Of a stretch of DNA of 64,000 nt, positions 47,497 through 57,600 are shown piece by piece. The DNA is from Nitrospira sp. (GTDB lineage Bacteria > Nitrospirota > Nitrospiria > Nitrospirales > Nitrospiraceae): positions 3,456,001 to 3,520,000 of the forward strand of contig AP038806.1 of the NCBI GenBank assembly GCA_047150005.1, given 5' to 3'. The notes below the pieces were generated by a model. It had not been told where the DNA came from, did no database searches, and saw only the letters and a program-made list of their open reading frames with translations. The first letter of the stretch is position 1; every line of letters begins with the position of its first letter. The position numbers and the translations under genes were made by a program.

Positions 47497-49176
47497 ATGA
47501 GAGTGCTGATCAGCCTGCTGGGAGGCCTGCTTCTTTCCTGGGTCACGGTGTTTGACGCAGAGGCGGCCGGACCGTCGTTGCAGGTGCAACCCTCGACCGG
47601 CGTTCCCGGTTCCACAGTCACCATTGTCGGGAAAGGTCTGGGGCCGTTCAAGTCGACACAGTTCAATCGTGTGACGTTCGGTGGATACGCCGCGCTCATT
47701 CAGCGCTGGGACCCGGAGGCCATCGAAGTCAGAGTGCCGTCCAAAGCTCCTTCAGGTCCGGTCGAGGTGATTGCCGGGAAAAAGCGTCTCTCCGCCGGAA
47801 CCTTCACCGTGGTCTATCCCAAGATCATCTCGATCCAACCGTCGGAGATCGAACCGGGCCACAGCGTCGAGATTCTGGGCGAGCATTTCGGCTTCACGGC
47901 GGGGCCGCGCGATCCGAATACGATGTTCGGCGTGAACGATGTGGTGGTCGGGGGACTCGTCGTGCGGCCGCGCCGATGGAAGGACGACAGGATCGAAGTG
48001 GAGATTCCCGCCAATGCGACGTCCGGTGATATGGCTGTACGGCTGTCTTCGTCGGATCCGTTACCGGATGGATCCTGTTGCACTCCAGTGCAACATACGA
48101 TCAGTAATCGTCTGCCGCTCACGTTGATCCCAAGCGTCCGGGTTGATCCGTTGAGCGGTCCGGTCGGGACCAAGGTCGTGCTGTTCGGTCAGGGGTTCGG
48201 GGCCGAGAGGGAACCCGGCGACGACGTATCGTTCGGCGGACATCCTGCCGCGGTTGCGCAGTGGACGGATCGCGCGATCGTCGTCCATATACCGTTGAAC
48301 ACGGAAACCGGACCGGTTGTGCTGAGCCGCGGGGGAAAAGATCGGACTGTAGGGACGTTCACGGTACAAACTCCTAAAGCCACCGGTGTTGCTCCGGCCA
48401 GCGCCCCTATTGGAACATTGATCAGAATCAGCGGCGAGCATTTCGGAGCCTATTCCGAAAGCGGAGCTACTCCGTACAACTACATGGATTTCAATACCGG
48501 GCAGAACCGCGTGGAAATCGGCGGCGTTCCGGCGGTGATCTACCGGTGGCATGAAGACCGTATCGATGTCTGGGTGCCGTTCAGCGCTAAGAGCGGTCCC
48601 GTCGTCGTGAAACGCGGCGCGCCCAAACCGAGCGCGGACGGGTCCTGTTGTGCGGAGACGGGGATTGTGACGACCGAAGCCGGGACGTTCACCGTGGTGG
48701 TGCCGGCCATCGAGTCATTTTCACCAAAATCCGCCGGCTTGGACGACGTCGTGACCATCAAGGGTTCAGGATTCGGCGCCTTCATTAAGACGACGGAGGC
48801 GACCCAGCCCGGGCTCGGCGAAGGGGCGTTCAAACGGAACCAAATTGAACTCGGAGAAAACGTCTCGCGGACTGAGGTTCTGTTCAACGGCATCGGAGCG
48901 ATCGTGATCTCCTGGACCGACCAGGAAATCAAGGTTCGTGTTCCCCGCCGGCATCTTTTCGGAGTCGGGAGACCGGGGCAGTTCGACACCGATCTTTCAA
49001 CCGGTCCGCTTATCATCCGCCGAGGCTCCTGGGATCTCCTTCCGGACGGGGCCTGTTGCACTGCCAAGAAATGGCTGACGCTTGAGGCCGGTACCTTCAC
49101 GATCGAGGCGAAAGGGTTGCCCGACCCCAGCTATTACGAGACGAATCGCCCGGAAGCCGCCGACACGACGCAATGA
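47497..49176 (+). CDS. Exported multi-IPT/TIG-domain protein
   Basis: Signal peptide; five G..V.I.G..FG...W....I.V.VP repeats. Confidence 0.85.
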   Translation: MRVLISLLGGLLLSWVTVFDAEAAGPSLQVQPSTGVPGSTVTIVGKGLGPFKSTQFNRVTFGGYAALIQRWDPEAIEVRVPSKAPSGPVEVIAGKKRLSAGTFTVVYPKIISIQPSEIEPGHSVEILGEHFGFTAGPRDPNTMFGVNDVVVGGLVVRPRRWKDDRIEVEIPANATSGDMAVRLSSSDPLPDGSCCTPVQHTISNRLPLTLIPSVRVDPLSGPVGTKVVLFGQGFGAEREPGDDVSFGGHPAAVAQWTDRAIVVHIPLNTETGPVVLSRGGKDRTVGTFTVQTPKATGVAPASAPIGTLIRISGEHFGAYSESGATPYNYMDFNTGQNRVEIGGVPAVIYRWHEDRIDVWVPFSAKSGPVVVKRGAPKPSADGSCCAETGIVTTEAGTFTVVVPAIESFSPKSAGLDDVVTIKGSGFGAFIKTTEATQPGLGEGAFKRNQIELGENVSRTEVLFNGIGAIVISWTDQEIKVRVPRRHLFGVGRPGQFDTDLSTGPLIIRRGSWDLLPDGACCTAKKWLTLEAGTFTIEAKGLPDPSYYETNRPEAADTTQ

Positions 49177-50141
49177 AATCCTTGGTGTCTTCCGCCGCGA
49201 TCCTGTTTGCTTCCTTCCTGCTCGCCGCGAGCCTGTCCATGGCCGGTGATGCGGCAGTCTCCGTCACCAAACAGGTCAGTCATACGGAAGCCACCTTGCT
49301 GGGCCTGACCTTCAAGACTCCTCAACTCGGATGGGCGGTCGGCTCCGGCGGAACGGTCCTGAAAACCGTAGACGGCGGGAAGAAGTGGAAGCGGATCTCC
49401 AGCGGTACGTCTGCACTCTTAACGAACGTCTATTTCCGCGACCACAAGACCGGATGGGTCATCGGCGCCAATGGCACCGTTCGTCGTACCGGCGACGGAG
49501 GAGAGACCTGGACGGCGCAGCCGGTGGACACCCAGGCTCCGCTCTATGGGATCAATTTTGCCTCGCAGTCTCAGGGATGGATTGTGGGCGGCAACGGGAC
49601 AATTCTTCACACGGAGGACGGCGGTTCTCATTGGACGGAGCAGGCGAGCAAGACCAACGCGGCGCTCTACTCCGTTCAATTTGTCTCTGAGCAGCACGGC
49701 GTGGCCGTGGGAGCGGTCGGTACCGTTGTGGTGACGGACGACGGCGGCGCGACGTGGGTTGTCCAAGAGCCCCAGGGCTCCGTGACGTTCTTCGACGTGT
49801 TTTTCTCCGACCAGTCCACGGGGTGGGCGGTCGGCAACGCCGGAGCATTGTTTCATACGACGGACGGCGGCAGGCAGTGGATCGATCGGACCCTGCCTTG
49901 CACGACGCAGTCTTGCACTAAGTTGACCGATCTGTTGCGTGTACGTTTCACCGACCCCCAGGCCGGCTGGATCGTCGGCGAGCGCGGGATGCTGTATCGT
50001 ACGGTCGACAGTGGATTCACCTGGCGGGAGCAGGGCTCCATCGCCGGCGTTTCGCTCTTCGGCCTGGCGTTTCCCGAGCCCAAGCAAGCCTGGGCTGCCG
50101 GCGAGAAGGGCACGATCGTGCAGCTGAAAATCGGCAAATAA
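49173..50141 (+). CDS. YCF48-like/BNR beta-propeller protein
   Basis: Repeated GW.VG..G....T.DGG..W motifs; signal peptide. Confidence 0.9.
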   Translation: MKSLVSSAAILFASFLLAASLSMAGDAAVSVTKQVSHTEATLLGLTFKTPQLGWAVGSGGTVLKTVDGGKKWKRISSGTSALLTNVYFRDHKTGWVIGANGTVRRTGDGGETWTAQPVDTQAPLYGINFASQSQGWIVGGNGTILHTEDGGSHWTEQASKTNAALYSVQFVSEQHGVAVGAVGTVVVTDDGGATWVVQEPQGSVTFFDVFFSDQSTGWAVGNAGALFHTTDGGRQWIDRTLPCTTQSCTKLTDLLRVRFTDPQAGWIVGERGMLYRTVDSGFTWREQGSIAGVSLFGLAFPEPKQAWAAGEKGTIVQLKIGK

Positions 50142-50142
50142 C

Positions 50143-50282
50143 GGCTGGGTAGGTTCGAAGCGGGTCCTGTTGTCGATCATGGCTCGGCCTCGCACCTCGC
50201 CCGGTGTGGGGACCCCAGTGCGAGGGAGCCATCGATCGACGCCACCCGCTGCGTAATTTCCGTCTGCCCCGGCAAAACAGCC
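50143..50282. other. Long imperfect intergenic hairpin (candidate ncRNA or MITE)
   Basis: Nested stems AGCGGGT/ACCCGCT, GTCGATC/GATCGAC, ATGGCTC/GAGCCAT, CTCGCAC/GTGCGAG. Confidence 0.55.
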
Positions 50283-50419
50283 TCCTTTCAGAGCACTGGG
50301 AAAAGGGGGGAAGACGCCCGACCGCGCCTTGTGCTTGCTGAATGTTGCACACAAGAAGAGGGGTTGTTTGTCCGGGCGGGTGAGAAAGCGCGCACGATTG
50401 AGACGATTCGGTCCGGCCG

Positions 50420-51157
50420 CTAACCCAATTCCCCCAGTCTCGATTGCATAATGCTCAACGCTACAATGGCTGCCGTTTCCGCCCGGAGAATCCTCGATCC
50501 CAACGTGAGCGGCCTATATCCCTGTTCCCGCATGAGTCGCAGCTCGTCCTCATTCCACCCCCCTTCCGGCCCGATCGCGAGCAGGATGGTCTGATGCGCT
50601 CCGGTCGGCAAGGTCACTGTGGTCAATGACATCTCCGTTGACCGTTCCGCCAGGATGAATTTGGCGGCGGATTGGTAAGCAGCCTTCGCCTTGGAAAGGT
50701 CGGTCGGGTCTCCGATCGTTGGAACGGTCCAGCGCTCCGATTGCTGCGCGGCTTCGAGGGCGATGCGTTCCCACCGTGCCCGTTGATGCTCGACCCGGTC
50801 TGGACGGACCTTCACCACCGCGTTCGTGGTTTGAACGGGGACGATGTGGTCCACGCCCAACTCGGTGGACTTCTGAATCACCCAATCCATCTTCTCTCCT
50901 TTGAGCAGGGCTTGGGCGAGGACGAGTTGCGGACCGCTTCTCACCGGAGCCGTAGTCGTGTCCAGGATCCGACACTCGATCAGGTGATCGGTCGTGGTGG
51001 TGATCTCGGCTCGATGTCGCCTGCGTCCTTCCTCAACGAGAGTGAGAATGTCGCCCCCGACCAGGCGAAGACTATCTTTTACATGGCGAAGGAGCGGGGA
51101 GGTGATGCGAATCGTCGGAGGAGTGACGGCGTCCGGCGCCACGAAAAATGAGGGCAT
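50420..51157 (-). CDS. rsmE: 16S rRNA m3U1498 methyltransferase
   Basis: QKSTELGV, EAAQQS, IGPEGGW and LGSRILRAETA motifs. Confidence 0.97.
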   Translation of the reverse strand: MPSFFVAPDAVTPPTIRITSPLLRHVKDSLRLVGGDILTLVEEGRRRHRAEITTTTDHLIECRILDTTTAPVRSGPQLVLAQALLKGEKMDWVIQKSTELGVDHIVPVQTTNAVVKVRPDRVEHQRARWERIALEAAQQSERWTVPTIGDPTDLSKAKAAYQSAAKFILAERSTEMSLTTVTLPTGAHQTILLAIGPEGGWNEDELRLMREQGYRPLTLGSRILRAETAAIVALSIMQSRLGELG

Positions 51158-51199
51158 GGCAAGCGAGAAATCGGCGGAATACCTACGGGAGGACGTCCT

Positions 51200-52330
51200 T
51201 TATTCGAAGAAGGTCTTCATCTTGTCGAAGAAGCCGTCGCCGTCCGCTTCCATGGACATGCCGCTCTCTTTCGCGAACTCCATGAGCAGCTCTTTCTGGC
51301 GGCCGGTGAGCTTCGTGGGGATCTGGATCTTGATGGTATAGAGCTGATCGCCGGTCGTCTGTCCTTTGAGGCTTGGAATGCCCAAGCCCTTGAGGCGCAG
51401 GACCTTGTCCGGCTGGCTGCCGGCTGGGACTTTCAGGACGGTCGTGCCTTTGAGTGTGGGTACCTCGATCTTCCCACCGAGAATGGCGGTCACAAAGTTG
51501 ATCGGCACGTCACAGAGAATGTCGTTGCCCTTGCGTATAAAGACCGGATGGGACTTAACGGTGATCGCGACGTACAGATCACCGGGAGGCCCTCCGTTGA
51601 CCCCGTGCTCGCCTTCGTTGGCGAGACGCAGGCGCATGCCGGTTTCGATGCCGGCCGGAATATGGACGGTGATGGTCCGCTCGCGGTAGATCCGCTGGCG
51701 GCCTTGGCAGGCCGGGCAGGGCTCGGTCACGATGCGGCCGGCGCCGTCGCACTGACCGCAGGGACGGCTGACGCTGAAGAAGCCTTGCTGGAGTCGAATC
51801 TGTCCGGCGCCTTTGCAGCTGGGACAAGTCTTGATCGCCGACGCCGATTTCGCGCCGGACCCTTTGCAGTCGGCGCAGGACTCCCAACGAGGAATCTTCA
51901 GCTTGGCGTCCTTGCCGTAGACCGCCTCCTCGAACGTCAGTTCGAGGTTGTATTGCAAATCGTTGCCGCGCTCGGGACGTGTACCGCCCCGTTGCCCTCC
52001 GAAAAAATCCTCGAAAATGTCGTTGAAGACGTCCCCGAAACCTCCGCCGCGGCCGAAATCGAAGCCCTCGAATCCGGCGCCGCCTTGCGTGCCGGCATGC
52101 CCGAACATATCGTAACGTTTGCGCTTTTCCTGATCGCTGAGATGCTCGTAGGCTTCATTGATCTCCTTGAACTTCTCTTCGGCGTGTTTTTTCTGTTGGT
52201 CGCCGGTTTGGAGATCGGGATGGTATTGACGGGCGAGCTTGCGATAGGCCTTCTTGACCTCGTCCTCGCTCGCCGTCCGCTCGACACCCAACGTTTCGTA
52301 GAAATCGCGTTTCGCCACGGAAGGCATCAT
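51200..52330 (-). CDS. dnaJ: Chaperone DnaJ
   Basis: HPD J-domain, G/F region and four CxxCxGxG-type motifs. Confidence 0.99.
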   Translation of the reverse strand: MMPSVAKRDFYETLGVERTASEDEVKKAYRKLARQYHPDLQTGDQQKKHAEEKFKEINEAYEHLSDQEKRKRYDMFGHAGTQGGAGFEGFDFGRGGGFGDVFNDIFEDFFGGQRGGTRPERGNDLQYNLELTFEEAVYGKDAKLKIPRWESCADCKGSGAKSASAIKTCPSCKGAGQIRLQQGFFSVSRPCGQCDGAGRIVTEPCPACQGRQRIYRERTITVHIPAGIETGMRLRLANEGEHGVNGGPPGDLYVAITVKSHPVFIRKGNDILCDVPINFVTAILGGKIEVPTLKGTTVLKVPAGSQPDKVLRLKGLGIPSLKGQTTGDQLYTIKIQIPTKLTGRQKELLMEFAKESGMSMEADGDGFFDKMKTFFE

Positions 52331-52403
52331 CCCTTATGGATCGCGTAGAAAGACCGGGCCCCGCGTCTTGGCGAAACCCGGTCTCACTGCTGAGTATTTT
52401 AAC

Positions 52404-54329
52404 TTACTTTTTGTCCTTGTCCACTTCTTCGAACTCGGCGTCCACGACCTTCTCGTCGGTCTTGGCGCCGTTGTTCTGCTGGCCCGACCCGTCACCTGCA
52501 CCGGGGCTTGCCGAGGCGCTGGCCGACGCCTTTTTGTACATTTCTTCGGCCAGTTTGTGCGATGCGGTCGTCAATGCCTGCGTGGCGGATTCGATCGCGT
52601 CCGGGTCCTGGCCTTCCATGGCCTTTTTCAGATTGGCGATGGCCTCTTCGATCTTGGATTTCTCCTCCGGCGCGATCTTGTCGCCATGCTCGGAGAGGTT
52701 CTTCTCCGTCTGATAGAGAAGATTATCCGCCTGATTTTTGGCCTCGGCGGCCTTGCGGCGCTTCTTGTCGTCCTCGGTATGTGCCTGCGCGTCCTTCACG
52801 AGCTTCTCCACTTCCTCCTTGCTGAGCCCGCTGGAGGCCGTGATCTTGATGGACTGTTCCTTTTGCGTCGCCAAGTCCTTCGCCGAGACATGGACGATCC
52901 CGTTGGCGTCGATATCGAACGTGACCTCGATCTGCGGCATTCCGCGGGGAGCGGGAGGAATGCCGACCAAGTCGAACTGGCCCAGCAGCTTGTTGTCGTT
53001 AGCCATCTCCCGTTCGCCCTGGAACACACGGATCGTGACGGCCGTTTGATTATCCGCCGCGGTCGAAAACACCTGGCTCTTCTTGGTCGGCACGGTCGTG
53101 TTCCGCTCGATGAGCTTGGTGAAGACCCCGCCGAGGGTCTCGATGCCCAGCGAAAGCGGCGTCACGTCCAGCAACAAGACGTCCTTGACGTCGCCCTTGA
53201 GCACGCCGCCCTGAATGCCGGCGCCGATGGCCACGACTTCGTCCGGGTTGACGCCTCGGTGCGGTTCCTTGCCGAAGAAATCTTTGACCACCTGAATGAC
53301 TTTCGGCATCCGGGTCATGCCGCCGACGAGCACCACTTCGTTGATGTCGCGCGGCGAAACGCCGGCGTCGGCCAGCGCCTTTTTACACGGATCGATCGTC
53401 CGCTGGATCAGGTCGTCGACGAGCTGCTCGAGCTTGGCCCTCGTCAGTTTGATGACCATGTGCTTGGGTCCGCTGGCATCCGCGGTGATGAACGGGAGGT
53501 TGATCTCGGTTTCCTGGGAGGACGACAATTCGATCTTGGCCCGTTCCGCCGCTTCCTTGAGACGCTGCAATGCCATCCGATCCTTCCGCAGATCAATGCC
53601 CTGGTCCTTCCTGAACTCATCGACCAGCCAGTCCATGACGCGGAGGTCGAAGTCGTCGCCGCCCAAATAGGTATCGCCGTTCGTGGATTTGACTTCGAAA
53701 ACGCCTTCGCCGATTTCGAGCACTGACACGTCGAATGTGCCGCCGCCGAGGTCGTACACGGCGATCCGTTCGTCCTTCTTTTTGTCGAGCCCATAGGCCA
53801 ACGATGCCGCGGTGGGCTCGTTGATGATTCTGAGCACGTTCAACCCGGCGATCTGCCCCGCATCCTTGGTGGCTTGCCGCTGGCTGTCGTCGAAATACGC
53901 CGGCACCGTAACGACGGCCTCGGTGACCTTCTCGCCCAGATAGTCCTCGGCGGTTTGCCGCATCTTCTGCAGAATCATGGCGGAAATTTCAGGCGGACTG
54001 TAGCGTTTACCGCGAAGCTCGACGTGCGCGTCGCCGTTGTCGGCTTCCACGACCTTGTAGGGCAGGCGCTTCAGGGCCTCTTGGACTTCCTTGCTGCGGA
54101 ACTTGCGTCCCATGAGGCGCTTGACGGAGAAAATCGTATTTTCTGGATTGGTGATGGCCTGTCGTTTGGCGATCTGGCCGACCAGCCGTTCGGCCTTGTC
54201 CGTGATGGCGACGACGGACGGCGTGGTCCGGCTGCCTTCCGCATTCGCGATGACCACGGGGTCCCCCCCGCTCATAATGGCCACGCAGGAATTGGTGGTC
54301 CCTAAGTCGATGCCGATTACTTTACCCAT
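52404..54329 (-). CDS. dnaK: Chaperone DnaK
   Basis: [17 protein letters not shown] and a DAEFEEV tail. Confidence 0.99.
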   Translation of the reverse strand: MGKVIGIDLGTTNSCVAIMSGGDPVVIANAEGSRTTPSVVAITDKAERLVGQIAKRQAITNPENTIFSVKRLMGRKFRSKEVQEALKRLPYKVVEADNGDAHVELRGKRYSPPEISAMILQKMRQTAEDYLGEKVTEAVVTVPAYFDDSQRQATKDAGQIAGLNVLRIINEPTAASLAYGLDKKKDERIAVYDLGGGTFDVSVLEIGEGVFEVKSTNGDTYLGGDDFDLRVMDWLVDEFRKDQGIDLRKDRMALQRLKEAAERAKIELSSSQETEINLPFITADASGPKHMVIKLTRAKLEQLVDDLIQRTIDPCKKALADAGVSPRDINEVVLVGGMTRMPKVIQVVKDFFGKEPHRGVNPDEVVAIGAGIQGGVLKGDVKDVLLLDVTPLSLGIETLGGVFTKLIERNTTVPTKKSQVFSTAADNQTAVTIRVFQGEREMANDNKLLGQFDLVGIPPAPRGMPQIEVTFDIDANGIVHVSAKDLATQKEQSIKITASSGLSKEEVEKLVKDAQAHTEDDKKRRKAAEAKNQADNLLYQTEKNLSEHGDKIAPEEKSKIEEAIANLKKAMEGQDPDAIESATQALTTASHKLAEEMYKKASASASASPGAGDGSGQQNNGAKTDEKVVDAEFEEVDKDKK

Positions 54330-54365
54330 GATGTATGTGCTCCTTCCGCTCTCACAATGATTTCA

Positions 54366-54950
54366 TCAGTTAGCGTCATCCGTTTCATCCGCCGCCCCGC
54401 CCGCCGACACCGTCACCATGGCGGCTCTCAAGATACGATCATGCAAGCGATAGCCTCGTTGAAACTCCTCCACCACATGCTGGGCCGGCACTTTGTCCGA
54501 CGGCACGGACGCCACGGCTTGATGGGCCGAAGGGTCGAAGGGTTTGCCGACCGTTTCTATGGCCTGTACTCCGAATCTCCCCAGCACCGTGAGCAATTGT
54601 TTGAGGGTCAAGTCGACGCCTTGAATCAGGGAATCGTTGATCCCGTCGGTTTTGGCCGCCTTGATGGCTCGTTCCAGATTATCGACTGTCGGTAAGAGTT
54701 CTTTGAGCAACTGTTCATTGCCGAACCTGATCTGTTCCCGCTGATCCCGCTGGGCCAGGCGTTTGTAGTTGTCGAACTCGGCGGCGTGCCGCAAGTACTT
54801 GTCGTGGAGCGCTTTCAGCTCTTCGGACTTGGCACCCAGCGCTTTTTGCAATGCCGCCTCGGACGATTCTCCGGATACAGTAGACGAGTCGACAGCTGCG
54901 TCTTCATCTAAGTTGTCAATTATATTGGCGTTCTTATCCTTTTCAGACAC
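54366..54950 (-). CDS. grpE: Nucleotide exchange factor GrpE
   Basis: AEFDNYKR, FDPSAHQAV and GYRLHDRILRAAMV motifs. Confidence 0.97.
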   Translation of the reverse strand: MSEKDKNANIIDNLDEDAAVDSSTVSGESSEAALQKALGAKSEELKALHDKYLRHAAEFDNYKRLAQRDQREQIRFGNEQLLKELLPTVDNLERAIKAAKTDGINDSLIQGVDLTLKQLLTVLGRFGVQAIETVGKPFDPSAHQAVASVPSDKVPAQHVVEEFQRGYRLHDRILRAAMVTVSAGGAADETDDAN

Positions 54951-54984
54951 CGGTGCACCTCTTGTCGGTAAGAGGTAGACACCG
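54951..54984 (-). promoter_or_regulatory. Inverted repeat covering the grpE ribosome-binding site
   Basis: CGGTGT-ct-ACCTCTT-accgac-AAGAGGT-GCACCG immediately before the GTG; TTGACT at 54994-54999. Confidence 0.5.
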
Positions 54985-55049
54985 ATGACATAAAGTCAAC
55001 AGGCGCCTGAAAAATTACTTGGATGGCCGAGCGGATCAGACTTCGCGGG

Positions 55050-55841
55050 TCAAACTTCGATGGAGGGGGAGGGGGTTCCTCGCGCGCGATCGTACAGCAA
55101 GCGCAACCCTTCCAGGGTCAGCAGCGGTTCCACCTTGTGAATGGACACGGTTTCGGGTGCGACAATGACGCTGAGCCCACCGGTCGCGATGACGAAGGTC
55201 TGGCGTCCGAGTTCTTGTTCAATGCGTCGCACGAGCGCATCGACCAGACCTGCATAGCCGAACAGCAGGCCGGCCTGGACGCTCGCCGTCGTATCCGTTC
55301 CGATGACGGTCTTTGGCTTCGTCAACTCCACTTTGGATAACTTTGCCGCCCGCGCGAACAACGCTTCCGCAGAAATGCTCAGACCCGGGGCGATGACTCC
55401 GCCCAGATACTCGGCGCCCGCCGTGATCGCGCAAAAGGTGGTGGCGGTGCCGAAATCAACCACGATGAGGTCCCGCCTGTACTTGTGATAGGCCGCCGCC
55501 GCGTTCACGAGACGATCGCTTCCGATTTCCCTGGGATTGGCATAGCGAAGGGTCAGACCCAGATCCATGTCGGCAGCGACGACCAGCGCCCGCCGGCGAA
55601 AATAGACGCCGCTCAATTCCTCGAAGGTTCCGGTGAGAGCCGGGACGACGCTCGAGACGATGGCTCCGGTCATACGTTCCGGGAGAATGCCCACGGACGT
55701 GAGCAAACTGGTGAACAGGATGCCGTATTCGTCGGAGGTCTTTTTCGAGTCGGTCGCCAGACGCCAGTGGGCGATGAGCCGAGGTCCGTCGTAGACCCCC
55801 CAGACGATGTTGGTGTTGCCGATGTCGACGACCAGGAGCAT
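55050..55841 (-). CDS. coaX: Type III pantothenate kinase
   Basis: DIGNT, IGSDR, VDFGTATT and IATGG motifs. Confidence 0.97.
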   Translation of the reverse strand: MLLVVDIGNTNIVWGVYDGPRLIAHWRLATDSKKTSDEYGILFTSLLTSVGILPERMTGAIVSSVVPALTGTFEELSGVYFRRRALVVAADMDLGLTLRYANPREIGSDRLVNAAAAYHKYRRDLIVVDFGTATTFCAITAGAEYLGGVIAPGLSISAEALFARAAKLSKVELTKPKTVIGTDTTASVQAGLLFGYAGLVDALVRRIEQELGRQTFVIATGGLSVIVAPETVSIHKVEPLLTLEGLRLLYDRARGTPSPSIEV

Positions 55842-55858
55842 GCGCGTATTGTACGGCA

Positions 55859-56716
55859 CTACCCCGCAGTTTCTCCAGGCCGCACGTGGGCGATGTCCGC
55901 TGCGCGAAGGGAACGAATGTCGGGACGCCCTCCGCCTGTCGGCTGAGGGTCTCTGACGACTTGCAGGGAGCCGTCCGGCCCGATGGCCTTGGCGATTCCG
56001 CTGAACTCCTCTCCTCCGGCGAGCGAGACTCGGACACGGCGTCCCAACGTAACGCACCGGCGTGCATAGGCCATGGCAATCCGCCGGCTGCCTTCCGCGG
56101 TCAATTCACCCAGGCAATGTTCGATTTCGAGGAGAAGCCGGCTCATCAGATGATTGCGGTCCAGCAGACGACCGGTTTCCTCACGAATTGTGGTGGAGGC
56201 AGCTTGAAGTTCGGGAGGAAAGTCATCGCCGGTGCCGTTGACGTTGAGGCCGATTCCGATCACTTGAAACGAGCCGGACGAGGCGGTGGAACCGCTTTCG
56301 CAGAGGATTCCTCCGATCTTGCGCTCCTGGACCAGCAGATCGTTGGGCCACTTCAGTGTCGTCTGGAGCAAGGCCGCCGCTTCGATCGCCTCCGAGGCGC
56401 CGAGAGCCGTCGCCAGGGGCAGCCAGGACAGCCATTGAGAGAACCGCGTCGGCGGTACCGAGGTTTTGACGATCACAGAACAGTAGAGGTTGATTCCCGG
56501 AGGCGAAAACCAGCTGCGTCCCAAGCGACCGCGCCCCTGTGTCTGCTCTTCGGCCACGACGACCGTTCCGTGCTCCGCTCCTGCCTGAGCCAGCGCGAAT
56601 GCCTCCCGGTTCGTCGAATCCACTTGCTGGTGGAGTTCAATTCTGGCGCCGAGCGTTTCGGTAGCGAGCAGGGTTCGGATACCGTCGCGAGTCAACGGAG
56701 GTGAGAGAGGCATCAC
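55859..56716 (-). CDS. birA: Biotin--[acetyl-CoA-carboxylase] ligase (no HTH)
   Basis: DSTN, QTQGRGRLGRSW and KWPND...KIGGIL motifs. Confidence 0.96.
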   Translation of the reverse strand: MMPLSPPLTRDGIRTLLATETLGARIELHQQVDSTNREAFALAQAGAEHGTVVVAEEQTQGRGRLGRSWFSPPGINLYCSVIVKTSVPPTRFSQWLSWLPLATALGASEAIEAAALLQTTLKWPNDLLVQERKIGGILCESGSTASSGSFQVIGIGLNVNGTGDDFPPELQAASTTIREETGRLLDRNHLMSRLLLEIEHCLGELTAEGSRRIAMAYARRCVTLGRRVRVSLAGGEEFSGIAKAIGPDGSLQVVRDPQPTGGGRPDIRSLRAADIAHVRPGETAG

Positions 56717-56719
56717 CGG

Positions 56720-57598
56720 TCAGGATCGCCTTTTCGTGTGCGACGCAGCCTTCAGTTCCAGGCTCAATGTCGCGGCGGGAGCGGAGTGGGTGAGTGCGCC
56801 GATGGAGATACGATCGGCTCCGGCGGCCGCCATGGCGCGTACATTTTTCAGGGTGATTCCGCCCGAGACCTCGACCAGGGCACGGCCGGCGATCAGTTGA
56901 ACGGCTTTTCTGACATGGGTGACGGTCATGTTGTCCAACAGAATGATCTGAGCTTTTCCTTCCAGAGCATGTTTGACTTCCCGGATCGACTCCACTTCCA
57001 CGATCAGCGGTTTCTCGTCCGGCGGAGCGGATCGGACAGCGAGGCAAGCGCACAAAACAGGCGCTCGTTTGCCGTGCAGGAGTGCCAGATGATTGTCTTT
57101 GACGAGGAAGCCGTCCGCCAGAGACTTACGGTGGTTGACGCCGCCACCGAGCGCCACCGCCCATTTCTGGATGGCTCTCCATCCCGGAAGCGTCTTGCGC
57201 GTGTCCATGATGCTCACGGGATAGCCGCGCACGGCTCGACAGAACCGGCGGGTCAGCGTGGCGATGCCGGAGAGATGTTGGAGGAAATTCAGCGCGACTC
57301 GTTCAGCCATGAGAATCGACCGCCCGTCGCCGGTGATGGTCATCAGGACGTCGCCGGCCTTGGCCGGCATGCCGTCGCGCCTGACCACGGACAACAGAAG
57401 AGAAGGATCGACCGCCAGAAAGGTTTGCACGGCGGGAGTCATGCCCGCGACCACGATGTCTTCTTGAGCGACGATGCGGGCGCGGGCTTCAATCGGGGCG
57501 GAGAACAGAGACTCCGTCGTGACGTCTCCTTCAGCGAGATCCTCGACGATTCCCATACGAACCGCGCGTCTGATGTCTGCGGCCGGCGGAGGCACCAT
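56720..57598 (-). CDS. nadC: Quinolinate phosphoribosyltransferase
   Basis: ERVALNFL, DTRKT, KDNH, LLDNM and SIGALTHS motifs; start ATG 57598. Confidence 0.97.
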   Translation of the reverse strand: MVPPPAADIRRAVRMGIVEDLAEGDVTTESLFSAPIEARARIVAQEDIVVAGMTPAVQTFLAVDPSLLLSVVRRDGMPAKAGDVLMTITGDGRSILMAERVALNFLQHLSGIATLTRRFCRAVRGYPVSIMDTRKTLPGWRAIQKWAVALGGGVNHRKSLADGFLVKDNHLALLHGKRAPVLCACLAVRSAPPDEKPLIVEVESIREVKHALEGKAQIILLDNMTVTHVRKAVQLIAGRALVEVSGGITLKNVRAMAAAGADRISIGALTHSAPAATLSLELKAASHTKRRS

Positions 57599-57600
57599 GG

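Noticed and set aside
40736..53726. Long antisense ORFs opposite alaS, dnaJ and dnaK (also recA, ppx, valS)
   Set aside because: Expected artefact of high-GC codon bias opposite conserved genes.
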